Made by a program: the position numbers and the translations under genes. A stretch of DNA of 64,000 nt from Chloroflexota bacterium (GTDB lineage Bacteria > Chloroflexota > Anaerolineae > UBA1429): contig JAIOAW010000014.1 of assembly GCA_019873625.1 (NCBI GenBank), positions 9,925 to 73,924 of the forward strand, given 5' to 3'. Under the pieces are notes generated by a model. That model was not told where the DNA came from, did not search any database, and worked only from the letters and a program-made list of their open reading frames with translations. Of the stretch, positions 27,867-36,005 are shown piece after piece (positions within the stretch are counted from its first letter, which is position 1; every line of letters starts with the position of its first letter).

Positions 27867-28433
27867 ATGAGGAAGACGGTACAAATGGTGTTGCCTTTGG
27901 TCGCGCTCTTGGCGCTGCTCGTGGCGCCGATGGTGGCCTCCGCCGATGCCAACGGCGACACGGGCGAGTGGACCACGGTCGTGAACGCGCGCTTGGGGCT
28001 GCGGGTGCGCTCCGGGCCAAGCCTCACCGAGCCAGTGACCTTTGTCCTGTATAATGGGCAAGAGGTCAAGGTGGTGGGGGAACCGGTATGGTACCAAGGC
28101 ATCCGCTGGGTGGAGTTGGACTTTGACCGGTGGGATGGCGTGCACGTCTCCGGCTGGTGCGCCTCCGCCTACTTGGCCAACTACCCCGGCTATGAGGAGC
28201 CGCAAGATGGCTACACCGGCGAAGAGGGCTACAAGGTGACCTCGAGCATCGGCCTGCGCTTGCGTTCTGGCCCCGGCCTGGGCTATGCCGTTCAGCGCAT
28301 CGTGCCCTACGGCACCATCTTGGAGCGCACCGATACGGCAAGCGTTACGGCGGATGGGTTGACCTGGGTGGAACTCGACGTGAATGGCACCGGCCTCTGG
28401 GCCGCGAGCGAGTATCTCACCAAAGTGCCGTAA
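27867..28433 (+). CDS. Secreted tandem SH3b-domain protein
   Basis: Signal peptide; two repeats GLR(V/L)RSGP...W.ELD...GW/W.AS.YL; no catalytic domain. Confidence 0.85.
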   Translation: MRKTVQMVLPLVALLALLVAPMVASADANGDTGEWTTVVNARLGLRVRSGPSLTEPVTFVLYNGQEVKVVGEPVWYQGIRWVELDFDRWDGVHVSGWCASAYLANYPGYEEPQDGYTGEEGYKVTSSIGLRLRSGPGLGYAVQRIVPYGTILERTDTASVTADGLTWVELDVNGTGLWAASEYLTKVP

Positions 28434-28459
28434 ATCACATCTCGGCCAGCAGATCGTTC

Positions 28460-28494
28460 AGTCCTCCGTGGAGGCTCTCCACGGAGGACTTTTG
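28460..28494 (+). terminator. Rho-independent terminator
   Basis: AGTCCTCCGTGGAG-GCT-CTCCACGGAGGACT followed by a T-run. Confidence 0.8.
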
Positions 28495-28508
28495 TTGACA
28501 GGTCGTCC

Positions 28509-29654
28509 TCATCTCCCCCGGAACTGGTAGGCTCGCCCCTTCCAGACCGTGCCGGGGCCGAACAGGCTGTGGGCTACCGAATCCATAGCAAAGAGGATGG
28601 CCACGATCACAGTGAGCGCCATCAAAAGGCCATAGCGCCTGGGCACCCCAAAGCGCTCGTGAATGGCCCCCAGCGCAAGGCACACAAGGAGGATCTGCAC
28701 GAGCGGAAGCCCCAAATGGGGCCAATCTACCCAGCCCAGACGCAACGCCCCATAAACGGCCACGTAAGGCCCAAGGAGGGCGGTCCCCAACACGGCAACG
28801 GCCAAGACCAGCCCCAGCAAGGAATAATCAAAGGCGGCAAAGGCGCTCTTGGCCAAGCCGTGCCAAGCCTCGGCAAAACTCTGATAGAACTCGACGCGCA
28901 AGACCGAAGCTCCCTCCACAAGCGCGACGCGCCCCCTGACCCTCTTGACCCACCGCGCGATGAATACATCATCCACAATGTCGCGGCGCACGGCCTCGTA
29001 TCCGCCGAAAGCCTGATACACCTTCTTGCGAAAGAGCATAAACGGGCCAAGAGCCGCCGCCAGGTTCGGCGAGCGGGCCTCGGTAAAGAGCCAATGCGGC
29101 ACGCACGCCATAAACACAAAGGGGATAATCGCCATAATGACGCGCAGGCCAAACGTCTTGAGGCCCATATCGGGCAAGAGGCTCACGAGGTCAAAACCGC
29201 GCGCACTGGCCAGCGCCACCGCGGAAGAGACGGCATTGGGCTGGTGGCGCGTATCCGCATCGGCAAAGAGGAGCCACTCACCCTGAGCCTCCTGGCCCAG
29301 TTGATAGCAGGCCCAGGCCTTGCCGTGCCACTCTGAGGGAAGGGGCCGCCCCCGAATGAGGCGAACGTGCGCATAGCGCGCGGCCATCTCTTCGACGATG
29401 CGCGCCGTCTCGTCGGAGGAATCGTCATCTAATACGAGGATTTCGAGGTTGGGGTAATCCTGCGCGACGAGGGATTCGAGGCAGGCGCCAATGTTGCGCG
29501 CCTCGTTGCGGGCCGGTATCAAGACGGATACGAGCGGCAGGCCCTCGGGCAGGGCCTCGCCCGAAGGCAGGCGCGGCATATGGCGCAAGTTGTATAGGGT
29601 CGTGCAGAAAATGTACAAAGCGATGAGGGTCATCCCCAGTTGGTAGATCATCAC
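28509..29654 (-). CDS. GT2 membrane glycosyltransferase (CrtQ/CruC/HpnB-like lipid or carotenoid glycosyltransferase)
   Basis: VSVLIPARNE, DDDSSD, W.GKAWAC, FADADT, DIVDD and C-terminal WKGR. Confidence 0.85.
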   Translation of the reverse strand: MMIYQLGMTLIALYIFCTTLYNLRHMPRLPSGEALPEGLPLVSVLIPARNEARNIGACLESLVAQDYPNLEILVLDDDSSDETARIVEEMAARYAHVRLIRGRPLPSEWHGKAWACYQLGQEAQGEWLLFADADTRHQPNAVSSAVALASARGFDLVSLLPDMGLKTFGLRVIMAIIPFVFMACVPHWLFTEARSPNLAAALGPFMLFRKKVYQAFGGYEAVRRDIVDDVFIARWVKRVRGRVALVEGASVLRVEFYQSFAEAWHGLAKSAFAAFDYSLLGLVLAVAVLGTALLGPYVAVYGALRLGWVDWPHLGLPLVQILLVCLALGAIHERFGVPRRYGLLMALTVIVAILFAMDSVAHSLFGPGTVWKGRAYQFRGR

Positions 29655-29669
29655 GCCCCCCCAAAGATG

Positions 29670-30302
29670 TTAGGTGTCGTTGTGGCGGCGCGCTTGGCGC
29701 GCGTGGGCCAGGCCCTCGATCCAGCCGCTCTTGGCGCGGATGGCCCGCTCATGGGGCAAATCAACCAGTTTCTTGAGGCCGGCCATCCCCAAAAAGAGGA
29801 CGATGAACACCAGCCCCTCGACATTATTCCCCTCCCATAGGGTCAGGAAGGGAAAGGCCGCGCCCGCCACGGCAAAGGCAAGGTTGAAATCGGGGATGAT
29901 CCTCCGCGCCACGATGAGGATGACCACCGTCGCGAGCACCGAATACGGCCACATCGGCAAGAGGAACCCGCTCGCCGGGCCCAGGCCCTTGCCCCCTCGC
30001 CACCTCAGCCACACCGGGAAGCCGTGCCCCAGCATCAAGGCAAACCCCGCCAGGTACAGGACGATCTGGCTAGACCCCCAGCGATGCCCCACATAATACG
30101 CGGCTGCCCCTTTGCTCGCATCCAAAAGGAGGGTGGCCAGGCCCGCTACCGGCCCAGCCACGTGAAGCACATTCCGCGCGCCGACGTTTCCCTCGCCCTC
30201 AAAACGGATGTCTTTGCCCGTCACCCAGCGCGTGATGAGATACGCAAAGGGAATGGAACCCAACAGATACCCTGCCAGCACGATGGCGATATCGCGAACC
30301 AT
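29670..30302 (-). CDS. PlsY-like glycerol-3-phosphate acyltransferase family protein
   Basis: YLLGSIPF, DIR..GEGNVGARN, DASKG and GHGFPVWLRWRGGKG. Confidence 0.85.
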   Translation of the reverse strand: MVRDIAIVLAGYLLGSIPFAYLITRWVTGKDIRFEGEGNVGARNVLHVAGPVAGLATLLLDASKGAAAYYVGHRWGSSQIVLYLAGFALMLGHGFPVWLRWRGGKGLGPASGFLLPMWPYSVLATVVILIVARRIIPDFNLAFAVAGAAFPFLTLWEGNNVEGLVFIVLFLGMAGLKKLVDLPHERAIRAKSGWIEGLAHARQARRHNDT

Positions 30303-30558
30303 GATGGCTCCCCCCTATTCTGTTTTGGGCTTCATCTTCTATAACCCGATGGCGCAACGCAAGTTGCCCCATCGGGGTGAAAATCATCATATTCTGCCGG
30401 GCCGATTTGTAAAGAAAACGCGTCGCCCTATTCAGGCGATTCTTGGGCGATTTTGTTTGCTTTTTCGTGAGGCTATGGCTATAATGAGTTTACCCTAAAC
30501 CCTAGGGTGAGAGGGATGGCGCAAGCATCACGCATCAACGTACATGGGAGGAAGAGCG

Positions 30559-30849
30559 ATGGATGAACAGATCACCCGCCTCAAGAACTGGGTAAGCCAT
30601 GGGACGATGCGCCAGTTTTACACCGAGATGCAGGCCAAACTGGCCAACACAGAGTACACGGTAGAACTCTCGGGGGATACCGTTACATTCTACCGCGTGC
30701 GCAAAGAGGGCGGTTTCTTGGGCCTCTTTGCTCGCCGTGTGCGCGAACAACTCTTGCAGGTCTCCCGCCAGAATGATCAGATCGTCATTGCGGAGGGGGC
30801 CAACCCGGAGTTCCTTCAGTACGTCAACGGCCTCTTGAAGCAGCACTAG
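30559..30849 (+). CDS. Small hypothetical protein
   Basis: GGAGGA RBS; 96 aa with a KEGGFLGLF motif. Confidence 0.65.
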   Translation: MDEQITRLKNWVSHGTMRQFYTEMQAKLANTEYTVELSGDTVTFYRVRKEGGFLGLFARRVREQLLQVSRQNDQIVIAEGANPEFLQYVNGLLKQH

Positions 30850-30926
30850 GTCCCACACGGGTGAAATTTTGAGAGGCCATCTAAAAGGAGTACAGAGGCA
30901 GCCCACTGGGGTATGCTCACCTTGCG

Positions 30927-32897
30927 ATGACCCTTCCGTTGAGCGGCGAAAATGGGCGGTTCTCGACCGGTTCGCCAGCGCTCGATGCCCTTTTCGAGGA
31001 GGTGCGCGCTGGCGATAATGTTGTGTTCTATTCAAACGGCGTCCAAGACTACCGCCCCTTTGTACGTTCGGCGGTTCGCTTTGCCCTGGGCGAGGGCATT
31101 CCTCTCATCTATGTGCGCGCCTCCGGCTCGCTCGACGATCTTCTCCTAGCCCACGAAGGCATTTCGGTCTGGGAGGTGGCCCATCTGGCCGAAGAAGGCC
31201 CCATCGTGCAAGCCTTTGTACGCCGCGCCGTAGAAGCGCCTTCTTTGGCATATTATATCTTTGAGCCGCTCATCGCCCTGGCCCCTTGGCTCCCCGACGA
31301 GGCGGAGATCGTCCGCGCCTTTGAAACCTGGTGCCCCCTCCTTTACGAACGACGCTCGGTGGCCTATTGGGAACTCACGCGCGGCTACTTTGAAAAGAAC
31401 ACCATCGCGGCCATTCGCGATTGCACGCAAATCTTTATCCGGCTGGAGCACGACGCGCACGGCCTCACGTTGATGCCCCTCAAAGTCTGGGGGCGCTATG
31501 CCGAAAGGATGTTCCAGCCTCATCGCGTCGAGGTGGTGGATGGCGAGATTCGCATCGTCCCCATCCCGCCCGGCGCGGAGGGCTATGAGGAATATGTGCG
31601 CGCCCTCGCCGATAAGAACCGCGAACTCGCCGAGATACGCGATGCCCTGCACGCCGTGAACGCCACGCTGCGCCGGCGCAATGAGGAACTCGCCGCCCTG
31701 AATGCCCGTTTTCAGGAACAGAGCCGCCTGTACGAATCATTGCGCAATAACTTGGAAAGCCTACTGGCCCTCTTTCGTGTGAGCCGGGAGATCGGCTCCA
31801 GCCTGGTCATCGAACAGGTATACGAGGCGATCTTGGCGGCAGCTATGCGCCTGTTTGACGTAGAGGCGAGCGCCCTGCACCTGCGCAGTTTTGGAGAATG
31901 CCCACCGGTCGAGATGCTTCGCGGCGAGATGCCTATGGAGGGTATGGAAGAGGCCCTCGCCCCAATGCGCCGCGAGGCGCTCGAAAGGCGCGAGGTTCTC
32001 TCCTTGGAATGGCCCCGCGAGGCCGCCCTGCCCGCCAGTGCGGCCATCGCGCCGATTATCCTCAGGGGGGAATGCCCCGGCACGGTGGAGGTCTATGCCC
32101 CCGATGGGCGCCTGCATAACGAAGGCTCGCGGACGCTCCTCGGCTATTTGGCCTCCGAGGCGAGCATCGCTTTGGATAACGCCCACCTCTACCGCGAGAG
32201 CGACCGCCAAAAGGCCCAACTGCGCTCCTTTGTGGATAGTTTTATCCTCAAAGTGGAGCAAGAAAGCCGCCAACTGGCGCTTGACCTGCACGATGGCCTC
32301 GTGCAGTTGATCGTGGCCTCCTTCCAGCATTTGCAGACGGCGCAAGCCTGGCGCGGGCGCGACCCAGCCGTCGAAGAGAAAGAACTGGCGCGCGGTACGC
32401 AGATTCTTCAGCAGGCCATTTATGAGGCGCGGCGGCTCATCGGCCAACTGCGCCCGGCGGGGCTGGATGATTTCGGCCTGGCCCACGCCCTGCGCACGTT
32501 TGTCTCTCAACTAGCGGCCGAAGAGGGTTGGCGCATCACCTTGGAGATTGATCCGCGCTGGAAGCCCCTGCCCCCCACGCTAGAGGCGGGCCTCTTTCGC
32601 ATTGTGCAAGAGGCCACGAACAACGCCCGTAAATATGCCGAGGCCGATCGCCTACACATCGCCCTGCGGGTAGAAGGGGAACACCTCGTCCTCTCGGTGA
32701 GAGATTGGGGCAAGGGATTTGACCCAGTATCCGTCGCGGCGGAACCGGAGAAGGGCCTGCATATCGGCTTGGTGGGCATTCGCGAGCGTGCGCTCCTCTT
32801 TGGCGGGGAGTGCCTCATCAAGAGCGCACCCGGCCAGGGGACGACGATCACCGTTCGCCTGCCGCGCCCTAAAATCGCCGCCCCGGAGGCTAGATGA
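30927..32897 (+). CDS. Soluble sensor histidine kinase: degenerate KaiC/RecA-like N-domain, coiled coil, GAF, HisKA_3, HATPase
   Basis: The N-terminus STGSPALDALFEEVRAGDNVV has no Walker A. GAF ends ASIALDNAHLY. LALDLHDGLVQ, FRIVQEATNNARKYA, DWGKGF and GLVGIRERA follow. Confidence 0.9.
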   Translation: MTLPLSGENGRFSTGSPALDALFEEVRAGDNVVFYSNGVQDYRPFVRSAVRFALGEGIPLIYVRASGSLDDLLLAHEGISVWEVAHLAEEGPIVQAFVRRAVEAPSLAYYIFEPLIALAPWLPDEAEIVRAFETWCPLLYERRSVAYWELTRGYFEKNTIAAIRDCTQIFIRLEHDAHGLTLMPLKVWGRYAERMFQPHRVEVVDGEIRIVPIPPGAEGYEEYVRALADKNRELAEIRDALHAVNATLRRRNEELAALNARFQEQSRLYESLRNNLESLLALFRVSREIGSSLVIEQVYEAILAAAMRLFDVEASALHLRSFGECPPVEMLRGEMPMEGMEEALAPMRREALERREVLSLEWPREAALPASAAIAPIILRGECPGTVEVYAPDGRLHNEGSRTLLGYLASEASIALDNAHLYRESDRQKAQLRSFVDSFILKVEQESRQLALDLHDGLVQLIVASFQHLQTAQAWRGRDPAVEEKELARGTQILQQAIYEARRLIGQLRPAGLDDFGLAHALRTFVSQLAAEEGWRITLEIDPRWKPLPPTLEAGLFRIVQEATNNARKYAEADRLHIALRVEGEHLVLSVRDWGKGFDPVSVAAEPEKGLHIGLVGIRERALLFGGECLIKSAPGQGTTITVRLPRPKIAAPEAR

Positions 32898-33541
32898 TCC
32901 GCGTGCTCTTGGTAGATGATCAAGCCATCGTGCGCGAGGGACTGCGTTCGATGCTCAGCCCCGAGCCGGATATCGTCGTGGTGGGGGAGGCCGGAGATGG
33001 CCACGAGGCCGTGCGCCTGGTCGTGGAACGTTCCCCTCACATCGTGTTGATGGATGTGCGTATGCCCGGTATGGATGGCCTCGCCGCCCTGGAAGCCATC
33101 AAGCGCGTCTCCAGCCGCACGAGCGTCATTATGGTAACCCTCTATGACGATGCGGATTACCTGATGCGGGCCGTCTCGGCGGGCGCCGCGGGCTATATCC
33201 TCAAAGATGCCTCGCGCGATGAATTGGTGCGCGCCGTCCGCGTAACGGCCGAGGGCGGCGCGATCATCGCCCCGAGTATGCTCCCGCAACTCCTCAAACG
33301 GATGAGCCACCTTATGGCCGAAAACGCGCCCTCCAGCCCGCCGAGGGTACGCCTTTCCGAGCGCGAAATCGAGGTCCTGCGCTTGATGGCCGAGGGCCTT
33401 ACCAACCAAGAGATCGCCGAACGCCTTTTCCTCAGCCCCACCACGGTCAAGACGCACGTGCAGAACATTCTCCAAAAACTGGACGTTTCAGACCGCACCC
33501 AGGCCGCCGTCTGCGCTGTGCGCTACGGGTTGATTGACTGA
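32894..33541 (+). CDS. NarL/FixJ-family response regulator
   Basis: LLVDDQ, VLMDVRMP, ILKD and a LuxR HTH (LSEREIEVL...TVKTHV); overlaps the kinase stop. Confidence 0.95.
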   Translation: MIRVLLVDDQAIVREGLRSMLSPEPDIVVVGEAGDGHEAVRLVVERSPHIVLMDVRMPGMDGLAALEAIKRVSSRTSVIMVTLYDDADYLMRAVSAGAAGYILKDASRDELVRAVRVTAEGGAIIAPSMLPQLLKRMSHLMAENAPSSPPRVRLSEREIEVLRLMAEGLTNQEIAERLFLSPTTVKTHVQNILQKLDVSDRTQAAVCAVRYGLID

Positions 33542-33552
33542 GCGGCACTCCC

Positions 33553-33630
33553 CATCCTCCAAATGGAGTAGGCCGCAGGGCCACAATCCCCCATTTGGAG
33601 GATGCGAGAAGGAATAGATTGTGCTATAGT
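33553..33630 (+). promoter_or_regulatory. Two NarL-type palindromic operators and an extended -10 promoter
   Basis: ATCCTCC-AAAT-GGAGTAG (33554-33571) and ATCCCCC-ATTT-GGAGGAT (33586-33603), 32 bp apart. TGcTATAGT at 33622-33630 with a poor -35. Confidence 0.6.
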
Positions 33631-33818
33631 AACGGCGGTTTTGCCCCATCTTTAGGCGAGTGGTACACTCGCGCGGCCACACTGCAGGTGGCCTCCCCTC
33701 AGCGTTGTGGATTCCCCAAGGTCGGTGTTCCCCCTATGGTTGATCCTTCGCCATAGCGCGCCAATGCCCTTTTGGCTCGCCGTGGTCAAGGCCATTTTAG
33801 AGAGGAGATGCTGAAGAC

Positions 33819-35411
33819 ATGGGAAACTTGGCTCGACCTAACTCGAACGACATCACGCAGACGACCAACCGCTCGCGCGATGTTGTGCCCAGTTCGGGGC
33901 TTTGCACCCGCTGCATTGATGGCTGCACAGGCAACTGCGAAATCTTTAAAACCACCTTTCGGGGCCGTGAAGTCCTCTACCCTAGCCCCTTTGGCACCGT
34001 CACAGCCGGCGGCGATAAAGACTACCCCGTAGATTTCTCGCACTTTAACATCCAAGGGTACGCCTTGGGCGCCTACGGCCTTCCTGAGGATGTGGAGCCT
34101 TCGCCCGATAACACCCTGTTCACGATGGTCAATACCGAAACGGAGATCGGCCGCGAGCATCGCGAAAAACTGCGTATGCCCATCATCAGCGGTGCGCTCG
34201 GCTCCACCGAGATCGCCCGCGCCAACTGGGAACACTTTGCCGTGGGCGCGGCCATTTCGGGCGTGGTGCTCACCTGCGGCGAGAACGTCTGCGGCATTGA
34301 CCCCGGCCTCCAGTTGAACGATAAGGGCAAGATCGTCGAATCGCCCGAACTGCGCCGCCGTGTGGAAATCTACCGCCGCTGGTACGAAGGGTACGGCGAT
34401 ATCCACGTGCAGATGAACGTCGAAGATACGCGCTTTGGCGTGGCCGAATATGCCATCGAAAAACTGGGTGTCGAGACCATCGAACTCAAGTGGGGCCAGG
34501 GCGCCAAATGCATCGGCGGCGAGATCAAGGTAGATTCCTTGGAGCGCGCCCTCGAACTCCAGCGGCGCGGCTACCTCGTCACGCCGGACCCGTCCTCGGA
34601 GGCCATTCAGAAGGCCTACCGCGATGGGGCCATCAAGCAGTTTGAGCGCCATTCGCGGTTGGGCTTTGTGGACGAAGAGGCCTTTGGGCGCGAGGTGGAG
34701 CGCCTGCGCAAATTGGGCGCCAAGCGCGTCACCCTCAAGACGGGCGCTTACCCTATGCGCGAACTCGCGATGGCGCTCCGCTGGTCTTCCGATTGCGGGG
34801 TGGACCTGGTAACCATTGACGGCGCCGGCGGTGGCACCGGGATGAGCCCCTGGCGTATGATGGTGGAATGGGGAGTGCCCACCGTCTACCTCGAGGCGAT
34901 GACCTATCAACTCTGCGAGAAACTCGCTGCCCGTGGCGCCTACATCCCCGATATTGCCATCGGCGGCGGCCTATCCACTGAGGATCATATCTTCAAGGCG
35001 CTCGCGCTCGGTGCGCCGTACGTCAAGGCCGTCTGCCTGGGGCGCGCCATTATGATCCCCGGTATGGTGGGCAAGAATATCGGCCTTTGGCTCAAACAAG
35101 GCAACCTGCCGCGCACCGTTTCGGCCTACGGCAACTCCATCGAAGAGATCTTCATTATGTACGAGACGCTCAAGGCCCGCTACGGCTCTGCTGTGGATGA
35201 AATGCCCCTCGGCGCCATCGGCTGGTACACCTATGTGGATAAACTCCGCGTCGGCCTCCAGCAACTGATGGCCGGCAGCCGCAACTTCTCGCTCAAGACG
35301 ATTTCCCGTCGAGATTTGATGGCCCTCACCCGCGAGGCCGCCGACGTGACCGGCATCGCCTACGTGATGGACGCCTACCGCGCCGAAGCCGAAGAGATCA
35401 TCTCCCGCTGA
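33819..35411 (+). CDS. FMN-binding glutamate synthase family protein (stand-alone synthase domain)
   Basis: IELKWGQGAK.IGGE, TLKTG, TIDGAGGGTGMSP and FKALALGA; N-terminal CxxCxxxCxxxC cluster; no amidotransferase domain. Confidence 0.9.
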   Translation: MGNLARPNSNDITQTTNRSRDVVPSSGLCTRCIDGCTGNCEIFKTTFRGREVLYPSPFGTVTAGGDKDYPVDFSHFNIQGYALGAYGLPEDVEPSPDNTLFTMVNTETEIGREHREKLRMPIISGALGSTEIARANWEHFAVGAAISGVVLTCGENVCGIDPGLQLNDKGKIVESPELRRRVEIYRRWYEGYGDIHVQMNVEDTRFGVAEYAIEKLGVETIELKWGQGAKCIGGEIKVDSLERALELQRRGYLVTPDPSSEAIQKAYRDGAIKQFERHSRLGFVDEEAFGREVERLRKLGAKRVTLKTGAYPMRELAMALRWSSDCGVDLVTIDGAGGGTGMSPWRMMVEWGVPTVYLEAMTYQLCEKLAARGAYIPDIAIGGGLSTEDHIFKALALGAPYVKAVCLGRAIMIPGMVGKNIGLWLKQGNLPRTVSAYGNSIEEIFIMYETLKARYGSAVDEMPLGAIGWYTYVDKLRVGLQQLMAGSRNFSLKTISRRDLMALTREAADVTGIAYVMDAYRAEAEEIISR

Positions 35412-35434
35412 TTGGCGCTCCTGAACCCCTTGCG

Positions 35435-35476
35435 GCCATCGCCCTCCGCAGGCCCTCGCGGAGGGCGATGGCGTTT
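35435..35476 (+). terminator. Terminator hairpin
   Basis: GCCATCGCCCTCCGC / GCGGAGGGCGATGGC, a 15-bp stem followed by GTTT. Confidence 0.7.
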
Positions 35477-35524
35477 CAGGCAAGGCCCATAAGCACCTCC
35501 CCACGTGCGAAACTCTCCGATAAT

Positions 35525-35552
35525 TTGACGCAAGGGCCAAGCCGCCTATAAT
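35525..35552 (+). promoter_or_regulatory. Sigma70 promoter of the tRNA cluster
   Basis: TTGACG-16 bp-TATAAT. Confidence 0.7.
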
Positions 35553-35599
35553 AAGCACGTCCTAGGCATTTGAGAAGGTGCCCTGGCAAAAGGCATTTC

Positions 35600-35672
35600 G
35601 GGCCGCTAGCTCAATCGGCAGAGCCACTGACTCTTAATCAGTTGGTTCCAGGTTCGAGTCCTGGGCGGCTCA
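35600..35672 (+). tRNA. tRNA-Lys (CTT)
   Basis: Acceptor GGGCCGC/GCGGCTC; anticodon arm ACTGA-CT-CTT-AA-TCAGT; T-loop GGTTCGAGTCC. CCA not encoded. Confidence 0.96.
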
Positions 35673-35702
35673 TCGGCGGGGAAGGGCGGTTCCCCCGTTC
35701 GT

Positions 35703-35784
35703 GGGGAAGTGTCGGAACTGGCAGACGAGCGTGACTTAGGATCACGTGGAGCAATCCGTGAGAGTTCAAGTCTCTCCTTCCCCA
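35703..35784 (+). tRNA. tRNA-Leu (TAG)
   Basis: Acceptor GGGGAAG/CTTCCCC; anticodon arm CGTGA-CT-TAG-GA-TCACG; long variable arm; GTTCAAGTC. Confidence 0.95.
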
Positions 35785-35798
35785 CTGGTTCACATTAT

Positions 35799-35870
35799 GC
35801 GGAAGTGGCTCAGTGGTAGAGCATCTCCTTGCCAAGGAGAGGGTCGCGAGTTCGAATCTCGTCTTCCGCT
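35799..35870 (+). tRNA. tRNA-Gly (GCC)
   Basis: Acceptor GCGGAAG/CTTCCGC; anticodon arm TCTCC-TT-GCC-AA-GGAGA; GTTCGAATC. Confidence 0.96.
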
Positions 35871-36005
35871 CAATGCGACGTAACGGCCCGTTTTACGGCG
35901 CTGGTTCCCGGAGGTCGCCCGCGAGCCAGCGTTTTTCTTGAGATTTGTTCTCAGCGCTCTTTTCGGTGCACGGCGCCGAAAAGTGCGCTATCCTACTATG
36001 GAGGC

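Noticed and set aside
35600-35870. tRNA cluster as an integration site for a genomic island
   Set aside because: No integrase and no duplicated tRNA 3' end seen; the usual tRNA-tig-clpP-clpX order is intact.
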